A DNA stretch of 64,000 nucleotides, taken from NCBI GenBank assembly GCA_964016885.1, contig OZ024742.1:211730001-211794000 (forward strand), given 5' to 3'. Below the pieces are notes generated by a model. The model was not told the DNA's origin. It did no database searches and saw nothing but the letters and a program-made list of their open reading frames with translations. This document shows positions 53,421 through 64,000 of this stretch, piece after piece. Origin of the DNA: Eledone cirrhosa (lineage: Eukaryota). Position numbers and translations under genes: made by a program. Numbering within the stretch: the stretch's first letter is position 1; every line of letters starts with the position of its first letter.

Positions 53421-53526
53421 AATGGTGGTGATGCGGGGGGGGGGGGGGCTCAGGCTTATGATTGGTCCACGTATTAAGTATGGTGGCGTGTGGGTGCGGG
53501 AGGGAGGGGTGTGGGGTAGCTAGCTG

Positions 53527-53792
53527 GAAGGTTATGAATGTTTAACAAGCGATTTAACAAAAAGCAAAACTGCAAGATTTGTTCTGTTCAATACGACAAA
53601 AACACCGTATTTGAACCTTAAATAGATAACAAAAAAATACAGATTTCGGATTTTGCGAGATTGGATGTTTGTTTGGACTATGTACGGAATTGAGCGTGGA
53701 AATGGAGAGAAGGATTGTACTTTACGATTTACATGAGTCCATCATAGAAATAATTGAAGCAAAAGTGGATAAACATGAAGGAGAACTTATCT

Positions 53793-53823
<31 letters not shown>

Positions 53824-54328
53824 AGCTAAGCGAGAGATAGAGGGGAAGAAAGAGAGGGGGGGGGGAGATAGTGGCTGACCGCAGCCCCCTCGTGGAGAAG
53901 CAAGGAGGGTGAAGGGGTGGATCGGATTTTTGACTTTCAAGTAGCATACTATATATATTTAAAGTAATTTATAAGTAGAATGGGGAGGATTTTGTTGTTT
54001 TTTTGTTTGTTTGAGAATACGATAGAATTAAGGAATTGGACGAATACGATAGAATTAAGATAGAAGGTTATGAATGTTTAACAAGCGATTTAACAAAAAG
54101 CAAAACTGCAAGATTTGTTCTGTTCAATACGACAAAAACACCGTATTTGAACCTTAAATAGATAACAAAAAAATACAGATTTCGGATTTTGCGAGATTGG
54201 ATGTTTGTTTGGACTATGTACGGAATTGAGCGTGGAAATGGAGAGAAGGATTGTACTTTACGATTTACATGAGTCCATCATAGAAATAATTGAAGCAAAA
54301 GTGGATAAACATGAAGGAGAACTTATCT

Positions 54329-54359
<31 letters not shown>

Positions 54360-54424
54360 AGCTAAGCGAGAGATAGAGGGGAAGAAAGAGAGGGGGGGGG
54401 GGAGATAGTGGCTGACCGCAGCCC
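53527..54424. repeat. Near-identical ~360-bp direct repeats upstream of the RTE
   Basis: gaaggttatgaatg...gaccgcagccc at 53527-53887 and 54064-54424. Confidence 0.93.
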
Positions 54425-54458
<34 letters not shown>

Positions 54459-54591
54459 ATATACATACATATATATATATATATACATACATATATATAT
54501 ATATATACATACGTATATATATATATATATATACATACATATATATATATATATATATACATACATATATATATATATATACATACGTATA

Positions 54592-54623
<32 letters not shown>

Positions 54624-54633
54624 CATACGTATA

Positions 54634-54665
<32 letters not shown>

Positions 54666-54673
54666 CATACGTA

Positions 54674-54705
<32 letters not shown>

Positions 54706-54713
54706 CATACATA

Positions 54714-54745
<32 letters not shown>

Positions 54746-54750
54746 CATAC

Positions 54751-54781
<31 letters not shown>

Positions 54782-54787
54782 CATACA

Positions 54788-54819
<32 letters not shown>

Positions 54820-54827
54820 CATACATA

Positions 54828-54907
<80 letters not shown>

Positions 54908-54930
54908 CATACATATATATATATACATAC

Positions 54931-54981
<51 letters not shown>

Positions 54982-55040
54982 CATACATATATATATATAC
55001 ATATATACATATATATATATACATACATATATATATATAC

Positions 55041-55074
<34 letters not shown>

Positions 55075-55099
55075 ATACATATATATATATACATACATA

Positions 55100-55131
<32 letters not shown>

Positions 55132-55135
55132 CATA

Positions 55136-55170
<35 letters not shown>
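54425..55170. repeat. Compound (TA)n/(TACA)n microsatellite
   Basis: Direct inspection. Confidence 0.98.
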
Positions 55171-55172
<2 letters not shown>

Positions 55173-58100
55173 CTATCTATCTATCTAAGGCGGGTAAAAT
55201 TCCCGAGATCCATGGACGAGTTCTCTCCAGCGGTCTCTGTCCCTCATTATCGCTGCCATGTCCTGCGTCTCCAACAGACCAGTGTCTGTCCTTAGGGCAT
55301 CAACATATGTTAACCTTGGTCTTCCTCTTCCAGTGTGTCCATGTAGGGGCTCCCAAAGGAGCACGGAGTGCAATGTCAACTCTGGATGTCGGTGAGCATG
55401 TCCAGCCAACCTCAGTCTCCTCTGTGTCACTTTTGAGCTGACTTTTGGGAGGCTCCCATACAGCTCTGAGTTTTTCATCCTCAGTGTATACTGATTAATG
55501 TTCAGAGCCATCCTCAGCATTCTCGTGTAGCACCCATCCACCATCTGAGTGAGTCTCTTGGTCAGTGTCCAAGTCTCAGACCCACACAGCAGCACAGACT
55601 CCACTACAGCAATGAAGAGGCGGATTTTCAGGTCTCTACGAAGGTCCGACTTCCACACCGATCTCAAGCTGTGGCACGCCGCCCAGGCCTTGCTCTTCCT
55701 CTCAACCACATCATCTTCCGTATTCTCAATCTTTGCTCCCAAATACAGGAAGTCCTCAACCAATTCCAGCGGCTTCCCGCCTACATTAGTGATCCCCTCT
55801 GGCTTCTCAACATTCTCTACCAGATATTTTGTTTTAGTCTCATTCATTCTCAGCCCCACACTCATCGACACAGTCTCAACCTCCCGCATCAAATCCTCTG
55901 CCTCCTTCACTGTATTTGTCACCAAAACTATGTCGTCGGCAAATTCAGCATCCGATACCTTTTTCGCCCCAACTCTCCTGCTCTGAGCCGGTGCTACAGT
56001 AAAGCCAGAGTCCTGGTGTTTCTCCAGTGCAAGGCGCATACAATAGTCCACTACGATGATAAAAAGGTAGGGAGCCAATGTATCTCCCTGGAGCACTCCA
56101 GCCAGTATCTCAAAGAACTCTGTCATCCCATCAGGTATAATGACTTGGGCTTTGGTGTTGGTGTAGAGCAGTGATATCAGGTCCACTATCCTCTTGGGGA
56201 TTCCATAAGCCCGCAAGATCTTCATCAGGCAGTAACGGTCCACAGAATCAAAGGCCTTCCTAAAGTCAATGAAAACCATGACCGCAGGAAGGCACTTTGC
56301 TCTAGCTCCCTCTAATATCCTCCTCAGCATCAGGATGTGACTGGTGGTTGATCTACCCTCTCTGAAGCCGTTCTGGTTGTCCCTGAGCTTCTTCTCCATC
56401 TCAGGCTGGATCCTGTTAAGAATCATCCTGTTGAGGGTCTTTGCCACAAGTGACGTCAGTGAGATCCCCCGGTAGTTGTTGGTGTTAGAGAGATCTCCCT
56501 TCTTTGGCACTGGGACGATGTTACTGATCCTCCACTGATTCGGGGCAACTCCTTTCTCCAGTGCCCTGTTACAGAACCCCAGGATGATATCATCAAAATC
56601 ACACCACTTCATCACCTCTGATGCTACTCCATCTTCTCCATGAGCCTTGCCCTCCTTGATCTTCTTCTTGGCTCTCTGAAGCTCCTCTCTGGTGAAGGGC
56701 TCTGTCTCAACATCCAGTTCCTCAAACAGCCGCCTGATCTCCCCAGTGCTCTGGGCTGTGGAGGGTGGCTCTCCTAGTAGGGTCCTAAAATGGTCCAGCC
56801 ATTTCCTCTTCCTATCCTCGGGCCCCGTTCCCTGGATCTGACTCGAACACCTTTTCTTCCTCCCTGTGATCTCGTTGATGATCATCCAGCTCTCCTTACA
56901 TCCAGATCTGTCAACCGCTCTCTCCACACTTCTGATCTTCTCTATCAGTGCCTCCTCTCTGACCTCAGTGTAAGCGGTACAGAGCTCTTCCCTCATCACC
57001 TCCACAGTCTCCATCCTCTCCTCCGTAGGATCAGCATAGAATTGGTCCCTGGCAGCTTTCAGGTGTTCTCTGGCTGCACACACTTTTGGGTCTGCAGAGC
57101 TGACGTGCTTCCCTTTGTTCTTTTTCCTCGGCACCAGGGTTTCACTTGCTTTCGCCACTGCATTGGTGAAGTGCCCGTACCTCCTCGTCACACTCTCCTC
57201 AGTCCATCCAATCTCTCTCTCCTCTGACTCTCCACACAGAGCACTAAACCTGTTTCTCACTTCCACTGTGAACCTCTCCTGTAGCTTATCATCTTCCTTG
57301 AAAGCTCCCCAGTCATAGATTGTTCTCCGGGGCTGAGCCTTGCTCTTTCTTAAGCTCACGCGGACCTCACTCATAACAAGCCGGTGGTCACTACCCAGTG
57401 TACTGAAATAGCTGTATGGTTCCGTGTTCAGAACACTATTCCGCCACTTTTTCCTCACCAGAATGAAATCAATCTGGGACTTGGACAGGTGCATATCTGA
57501 GATGTAGGTCCACATCTTCCCCAGATTCTTCCTAAACCTTAGGTTGGTCGCCATCAAGTTCGCCTCCAGCAGGGTGTCTCTCAGTAGTCTTCCATTTCGG
57601 TTGGTGTTGTTATGGAAGTACCAGCAAGGATCTTCACTGCCCTCCTTACTCAGATGTGCATTGAAGTCCCCAAAACAAGCAGGATATTGTGTGCCTGAGT
57701 GGTGTTGACAGCTCTACACACTTCCTCATGGAACTCCTCGGCATTCACATCACTGTCCCCCTCGGTTGGACTATAGGCTGAGATGACTGTCAGTCTTGGG
57801 TTTCCATTGAAGGTCACCCTCAACACTCGCGGGGAGATAGGCATTATTTCCCTCACCAACAGATTGGTTTTTGCACTGAACACAAAACCCACTCCTCCTA
57901 CTGCAGCATTTGTTGTGTTCTTCACTGCCGATGTAGTGATGAGCTGGCTCTTCCTCCCGATCATCACACTCCTCACGGGCTCATCGTGTAGAATCCTGTG
58001 TTCTTGGATCGCAAGTATCTGTATACCACTCTCCTCGAACAGATGTCCCAACTCCTCTCTCTTCTCCAGCGTTCGAATAGTCCTCACATTCAAAGTGCCC

Positions 58101-58492
58101 ATTTTGATGGCTCCTCTGCAGGACAAAACTGCATTCTTTATATTTGTCTCAGAGACAGCTGATCCATCATCCACTGGCCCTCTCTGTGGCTCTAAGCCAG
58201 CAGAGTCATAACGACCAGGATGCTCCTTGACAGTGTCATTAGGGGCTCTAACCCTAGTGCTGTTAGATCGACTCTCCATATTTCTTTTCAATGGCTGACA
58301 ATACCTTACCGGCGCCACTCGAATAAGGTATTTATTTAACCCATAAATGGAGCCCTAACAGGTACTACCACCCCGGGCCAGGGCAGACCTGGGAGTCATG
58401 ACAACTAAGGGGTAACTCCATATTCCCCACATCTCCTGAACTCCCGAACTGGAGCCTTGCCACTGGATGTAGTTTAATGTCATACCCAAGAC
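55171..58492 (-). mobile_element. Near-intact full-length RTE-group LINE, second family (~1030 aa if one frameshift is corrected)
   Basis: ORFs 57650-58318 and 55185-57557 joined at a G-run (LG|DFNAH); APE and RT motifs (FADD); stop codon merges into a (TAGA)n tail. Confidence 0.93.
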
Positions 58493-58726
58493 ATATATAT
58501 ATATATACATATATATATATACATACATATATATATATACATACATACATATATATACATACATATATACATATATACATATATATACATACATACATAT
58601 ATATACATATATATATATATACATATATATATATACATACATATATACATATATATACATACATACATATATATACATATACATACATACATATACATAC
58701 ATACATACATATATATACATACATAC

Positions 58727-58803
<77 letters not shown>

Positions 58804-58848
58804 CATATATATATATACATACATATATATATATACATACATATATAC

Positions 58849-58911
<63 letters not shown>

Positions 58912-59033
58912 CATATATATATATACATATATATATATACATACATATATATATATACATACATATATATATATACATATATACATATATATATATATAC
59001 ATATATATATACATATATATATATACATACATA

Positions 59034-59099
<66 letters not shown>

Positions 59100-59127
59100 T
59101 ATATACATATATATATATACATACATA

Positions 59128-59220
<93 letters not shown>

Positions 59221-59297
59221 ACATACATATACATACATATATATATATACATACATATATATATATACATACATACATATATATACATACATACATA

Positions 59298-59329
<32 letters not shown>

Positions 59330-59500
59330 CATATATATATATACATACATACATATATATACATACATACATATATATATATACATACATATATATATAT
59401 ACATACATATATATATATACATACATATATATATATACATACATATATATATATACATACATATATATATATACATACATACATACATACATATATATAC

Positions 59501-59579
<79 letters not shown>

Positions 59580-59627
59580 CATATATATATATACATACAT
59601 ATATATACATATATATATATATACATA

Positions 59628-59668
<41 letters not shown>
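58493..59668. repeat. Compound (TA)n/(TACA)n microsatellite
   Basis: Direct inspection. Confidence 0.98.
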
Positions 59669-59754
59669 AACTTTGAATAACTTTGAAATGTTTTGGCCAG
59701 TATTGGCCCAGGCCATGTCTAACTTAATAGCACCACCTGGCGAAGTCTTTCAAT

Positions 59755-62700
59755 TCAGGATTTGGGCACCATGGCCCATTCGAGAAGAGAATTACTGTTT
59801 GCGGAGACATATCCGGGTGTGGGTGGTTTGTCCGGGATTACTTGGAGGAATTTGTCCAAAGACTTCTTGAATTTTGTGTGGTCAGTTTCTGTTTTGACGT
59901 GTCCTGGTGTGATGTTGAAGAGAGCAGGGCCGATTGAGGTGAAATAATTGTGCCGTATTGTTGTTATGAGTTGCGATTTAGATTTTTGAATGGGACGGAT
60001 AGCACGGGGCCCAAGCCTTGGGTGTATCTTGAAGGCGATGCCAACATCATTTGGGCAGTGATGATGGAACATTTTCCACATCATGCAGATAATATAACGC
60101 TCACGGCGACGTTGGAGTGAGTAAAGTTTCAGGTTTTCCAATCGACCCCAGTAGTCAAGGTCTGACATGCCATCTATCTTTTTCGTGATTGCCCTTTGAG
60201 GAGCTTCAAGTTTCATGATACTTTGTTTCGTGTGGGGAGACCACAGTGGACAACAGTATTCAAGGTGTGGTCGGGCGAAAGTAGAGAAGAGAAGGATAAT
60301 GGTGCGGGAATCTCTCGACTGGAAGGTTCTGAGGATCCAGGAACACATTCTGCGGGCCATGTCAACTTTGCTGCTTATATGCGTGGTCCAGCTTATATTG
60401 CTGTCCACGGTTACTCCCAAGTCTCTGATGTTGTTAGATGCCACGAGAGTTTCCCCGGAGGGAAGGGAGTACGGGAGTTTCAGAGCCTCCTCTTTTCCAA
60501 AGTGGATCAGTTCGAATTTGTCTTTGTTCAGTAACATGTTGTTCTTTTCTGCCCATTGGGTAACAGCCAGTAGGTCTGACTGAAGGCTTATCCGGTCATC
60601 CACGCCATTGATGACCTTTTGGAGCTTGGAATCATCAGCGAAAATTTTAATGTTGCTGTGTTTGATGATGTCAGTGATGTCATTAATATAGATGATGAAG
60701 AGAAGTGGGCCCAGCACAGTGCCTTGTGGGACTCCACTACTGACTTTGGCTGGGCTTGATTTGACTCCCTCAACTACAATATGTTGGGTTCTGTTTGACA
60801 GGAAGCTCTTGATCCACTGCAGCAGCTTTCCAGTGACACCAATATTGGACAGCTTTCTCAGTAGAATGTTATGATCAACCCTGTCAAAGGCCTTGCTGAA
60901 ATCAAGGTAGATAACATCAGTGTTGGAACCCTCTCCCAAGGCTCTCAAAATGTCATCAAAGTGATGCAGTAGTTGCGTCAGGCAATCCCTTCCATTACGG
61001 AATCCATGCTGGTTGGAGTTCAGCATATTGTTACTCTCAAGGAAGTGGGTCATTCGCGATCTCACCACTCGCTCAAATACCTTAATGATATGAGAGGTGA
61101 GTGAGATTGGACGGTAATTCACGGCAAGGGATTTGTTTCCCTTTTTGAAAACTGGGACAACAGACTGGGATAGAAGGTTTTCTGGCACATATCCAGCATC
61201 CAGTGAGTTCCGCCACAGATTGGCAAGAGGAGAAGCAAGTTGGTGTTGACACGCCTTCAAGACACAAGCAGGGAACCTATCGGGACCTACTGCTGAATTA
61301 TGCTTGATTTCCTTTATTGCCGCCAAGACATCAGGGGCGCCAAACGTTATGTCCGATAAGGTGTAATGGGGAGTAACATCGCCGATACAGCCCAGATCGG
61401 CCATATCAGGATTGCTGAAAACAGAGCAGTATTGTTTCTGCAGTATCTCACCCATGGTTTTAGCATTGTCTTGAAGAGTGCCATTTTCATCAATTAGAGG
61501 GCCAACAGTAGAGCCAGTGATTTTGTGTTTTTTTGCAAATGAAAAGAACACTTTGGGATTGAGTTTGATCTTCTCAATGGCCCAGGCCTCTTCAGCTCTT
61601 CTCTGATTGTTGATGAGGGACATTATGTTGTTTTGGAGGTTATGTTTTTTAATCTCTAGTGATGAAATGGCAGTCAAGTTGATGTGTTGCTGCTGACAGT
61701 ATTTCAGCTTGTTGATTTTTTTGTTCGTTCTCTTAATTTTTCTGATGAGCGTTTTTCTATTTCTAGGGATTCTGCTCTTAGATTTGTTTATAGTTCTTAA
61801 TGGGGTGTGTTTAGCACATATGTTTGTAACAGTGTCCACAAATGTCTGCCAGGACTTTTTGATGTTAGTGGGTGTATGAGTGTGCGTGAAGGACCAGTCG
61901 ACATGTGCAAGATCATGACTGATCGCTTCCCAGTTTGCATTGTGGAAATCCATAGCGTCAAACGGATGGACAGGAGAGATGACATTGGGTTTGTATATTG
62001 GACGGTGGAATCTCAGATCACAGAGAACCATGTCATGATCAGAGAGTAGAGTTTTCTCCACTGCAATATTGTGGATATTGTCAGTGTGATTGCTGAAAAT
62101 TAAGTCTAGGACGTTTTTGTGGCACCTCGTTGGTTCGAGCACTAGTTGGGATAGGAAGAAATCATCCATGAAGTCAAGAAGCGATTCCACAGCTTCCCTG
62201 TCAGAGGTTGAGGCAGAAGAACCTGGTGGCAGGGTGTTTGTGGACCAGTCAACTCCGGGGAGGTTGAAGTCCCCCATCATTAAGATGTTGTCAGGGTGAC
62301 ACTCTTGGATGAAACACTTTATGCTGTTGAGGCATTCCTTGAAGCATGGTACAGGCGTTTGGGGTGGCCTATAGAGCCCAACTACTAATAGGTTGTTGGT
62401 TTGACTGAATACAGTGACTGCCTCACAGTATCCATTAGTGAATATGTTCATAGCCTCTGTTGAGAAAGAATTATGGACATAAATGGCAGTTCCGCCCTTT
62501 CTTCTGCCAGCGCGATCAGCACGGATGGCTTTGAAATTTTTCACTTTCACCTCGGCTTCCAAGTGGAGGTTACTGAGATGGGTTTCAGTGAGGACGAAGA
62601 AAGGGATGTGGTTTGGATGGACATCAATCCAGTCCTCCAGGAATTTGATCTTCCATTTTTGAGTATTGGTGGAAGGGCTGATGCCTTGGGCGTTAAGCAA

Positions 62701-62874
62701 AAATGTAGAGGCGAGAGTGGATGGTTTTAATTGTTTTGGTGTGTTGTTAATTTGTTTGTTTGTTAATGGCAGCAATGGGAGTTTGTGCAGTGGGGTGATA
62801 GTGGAGGGTGGTGCTGGGTGATAGCTCGAATGTTTTTTTCCAGTTCTTTTGCCAGATTCATTATGGCTAAAAAA
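59755..62874 (-). CDS. LINE ORF2: APE endonuclease + reverse transcriptase, intact, no upstream AUG
   Basis: Open from 62892 to stop at 59755; [41 protein letters not shown] and [10 protein letters not shown] motifs. Confidence 0.93.
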   Translation of the reverse strand, partial: FFSHNESGKRTGKKHSSYHPAPPSTITPLHKLPLLPLTNKQINNTPKQLKPSTLASTFLLNAQGISPSTNTQKWKIKFLEDWIDVHPNHIPFFVLTETHLSNLHLEAEVKVKNFKAIRADRAGRRKGGTAIYVHNSFSTEAMNIFTNGYCEAVTVFSQTNNLLVVGLYRPPQTPVPCFKECLNSIKCFIQECHPDNILMMGDFNLPGVDWSTNTLPPGSSASTSDREAVESLLDFMDDFFLSQLVLEPTRCHKNVLDLIFSNHTDNIHNIAVEKTLLSDHDMVLCDLRFHRPIYKPNVISPVHPFDAMDFHNANWEAISHDLAHVDWSFTHTHTPTNIKKSWQTFVDTVTNICAKHTPLRTINKSKSRIPRNRKTLIRKIKRTNKKINKLKYCQQQHINLTAISSLEIKKHNLQNNIMSLINNQRRAEEAWAIEKIKLNPKVFFSFAKKHKITGSTVGPLIDENGTLQDNAKTMGEILQKQYCSVFSNPDMADLGCIGDVTPHYTLSDITFGAPDVLAAIKEIKHNSAVGPDRFPACVLKACQHQLASPLANLWRNSLDAGYVPENLLSQSVVPVFKKGNKSLAVNYRPISLTSHIIKVFERVVRSRMTHFLESNNMLNSNQHGFRNGRDCLTQLLHHFDDILRALGEGSNTDVIYLDFSKAFDRVDHNILLRKLSNIGVTGKLLQWIKSFLSNRTQHIVVEGVKSSPAKVSSGVPQGTVLGPLLFIIYINDITDIIKHSNIKIFADDSKLQKVINGVDDRISLQSDLLAVTQWAEKNNMLLNKDKFELIHFGKEEALKLPYSLPSGETLVASNNIRDLGVTVDSNISWTTHISSKVDMARRMCSWILRTFQSRDSRTIILLFSTFARPHLEYCCPLWSPHTKQSIMKLEAPQRAITKKIDGMSDLDYWGRLENLKLYSLQRRRERYIICMMWKMFHHHCPNDVGIAFKIHPRLGPRAIRPIQKSKSQLITTIRHNYFTSIGPALFNITPGHVKTETDHTKFKKSLDKFLQVIPDKPPTPGYVSANSNSLLEWAMVPKS

Positions 62875-63895
62875 GAGGAAGAAGTTTCCTGTTTAGAAGA
62901 CTGTTGGTGACTGTGGTAGTGGTTATTTTTATGTAGGTTATGGTTTTTGTTTTTGCTTTTATTTTTAATTTTATTTTCATTTATCCGACGGGTCCCCGGG
63001 AGATGGGTAAAGAGACAATCCCGGTCTAAACACAATCTGTCTCGCAGGGAAAAACGGCAGATTTGTGGATTCCTTGTTTGGTGTTAAATTAGAGTATGTA
63101 TTATGGTGGTGGCTGTTTGTGGGGATAGATCGTTTTGTCCTAGGTAAATGGGTGAATTTGCAGCCACTATCCGTACATATTCTATAGCGTAGAGAGTAGC
63201 GGCAAATGATGGGGTTTCGAGTGGGTGGGTATGTGGGTGTGGGTGTTGTGAGAGGTGTAGATGATGGTTTGGGTAGGATTTGACGACCTTTGTGGACTGT
63301 GGGAGGGAGTGTTCTTGTTCTGGTATTAGAAGGTAAATTCCTTGACATAGCAGTAGACAAAAATGTTGTAGTAGTAGTAGTAGGCAGAGATGTTGGCAGT
63401 GGTGATGATTGGACTGCTGGGCCAGAGAAAGGATGTGGCGTTTCATGCTGTGAGACAGAGGCTACTGGGGGGATCAATAGTTTCATTTAGTAGATCGGCC
63501 ATTGTTGATGAATCAAGGAGTGGTTCACACTGTTGTTGTCGTTGTTGTTGTTGTTGCTGTAGCTGTTGTTGTTGTTGTTGTTGTAGCTGTTGTTGTTGTT
63601 GCTGTTGTAGCTGCTGTTGTTGTTGTTGCTGCTGCTGGACAGCATTCGAAGAGAAAACACACCGTAGTTTATCCAAATGTTTATTGATTAATTTAAAAGC
63701 AATTTCGATTTGCTTTAATTTATTTTGAATCTGTTGTTCAGATCGAGTTTTCAAAAATTGAACTGTACGTTTAGCAATGTCGTTCAGAGATGAAGCATCT
63801 ATATTTTCTGTTTGGAAAAGGCAATGCCATGTGTTTATTAGAATGTCGATTTCATTATCAGACCAGTTCTGTTTGGATTTTTGCTGGTTAGCCAT
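62763..63895 (-). CDS. LINE ORF1 (~376 aa after correcting two +1 homopolymer indels): Myb/SANT-like, poly-Q, two CCCH fingers
   Basis: Three consecutive ORF pieces join at a C6 run (~63470) and an A3 run (~63078); duplicated TRNPxICRxSLRxRxCxDxxCxFTHLPxT motif. Confidence 0.75.
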
Positions 63896-63940
63896 TCTAG
63901 TTTTGAGTGTGTGTGTGTTTTAGTTATTTATATATATATG

Positions 63941-64000
<60 letters not shown>

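Larger units (their letters stand above)
59669..63930 (-). mobile_element. Full-length two-ORF CR1-group LINE
   Basis: ORF1 + intact ORF2; 3' end (ttcaaagtta)x2; flanked by TA microsatellite on both sides. Confidence 0.92.

Noticed and set aside
53865-53905. HDV-like ribozyme (CTTCTCCACGAGGGGGCTGCGG, minus strand) at the RTE 5' end
   Set aside because: An L3-like loop is present, but I could not find the P1 or P2 partner strands.

Overview
This is an AT-rich, repeat-dominated animal genome window. The SINE/RTE repertoire and the compound (TA/CA)n microsatellites suggest an octopod cephalopod, but that is inference. The only host coding sequence I can support is one 159-nt phase-0/0 exon (4431-4589, minus strand) of an SLC7/LAT-type amino-acid transporter, so the ~59 kb to its right is probably one giant intron. 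It is filled with nested retroelements: many RTE LINEs (two look near-intact), a CRE-like fragment, tRNA-SINEs, piggyBac-like MITEs and six or seven Penelope-like (PLE) insertions. One PLE has an intact 800-aa RT/GIY-YIG ORF, and the PLE-type inserts together carry nine recognisable type-I hammerhead ribozymes. The most unusual object is a full-length CR1-group LINE (59669-63930, minus). Its ORF1 combines a Myb/SANT-like domain, poly-Q and two CCCH fingers. Its AUG-less ORF2 overlaps ORF1 in the -1 frame across two canonical slippery heptamers (U_UUU_UUA and A_AAA_AAC), suggesting retrovirus-style -1 frameshifting in a LINE. All calls were made by eye without database searches, and boundaries of decayed elements are approximate.
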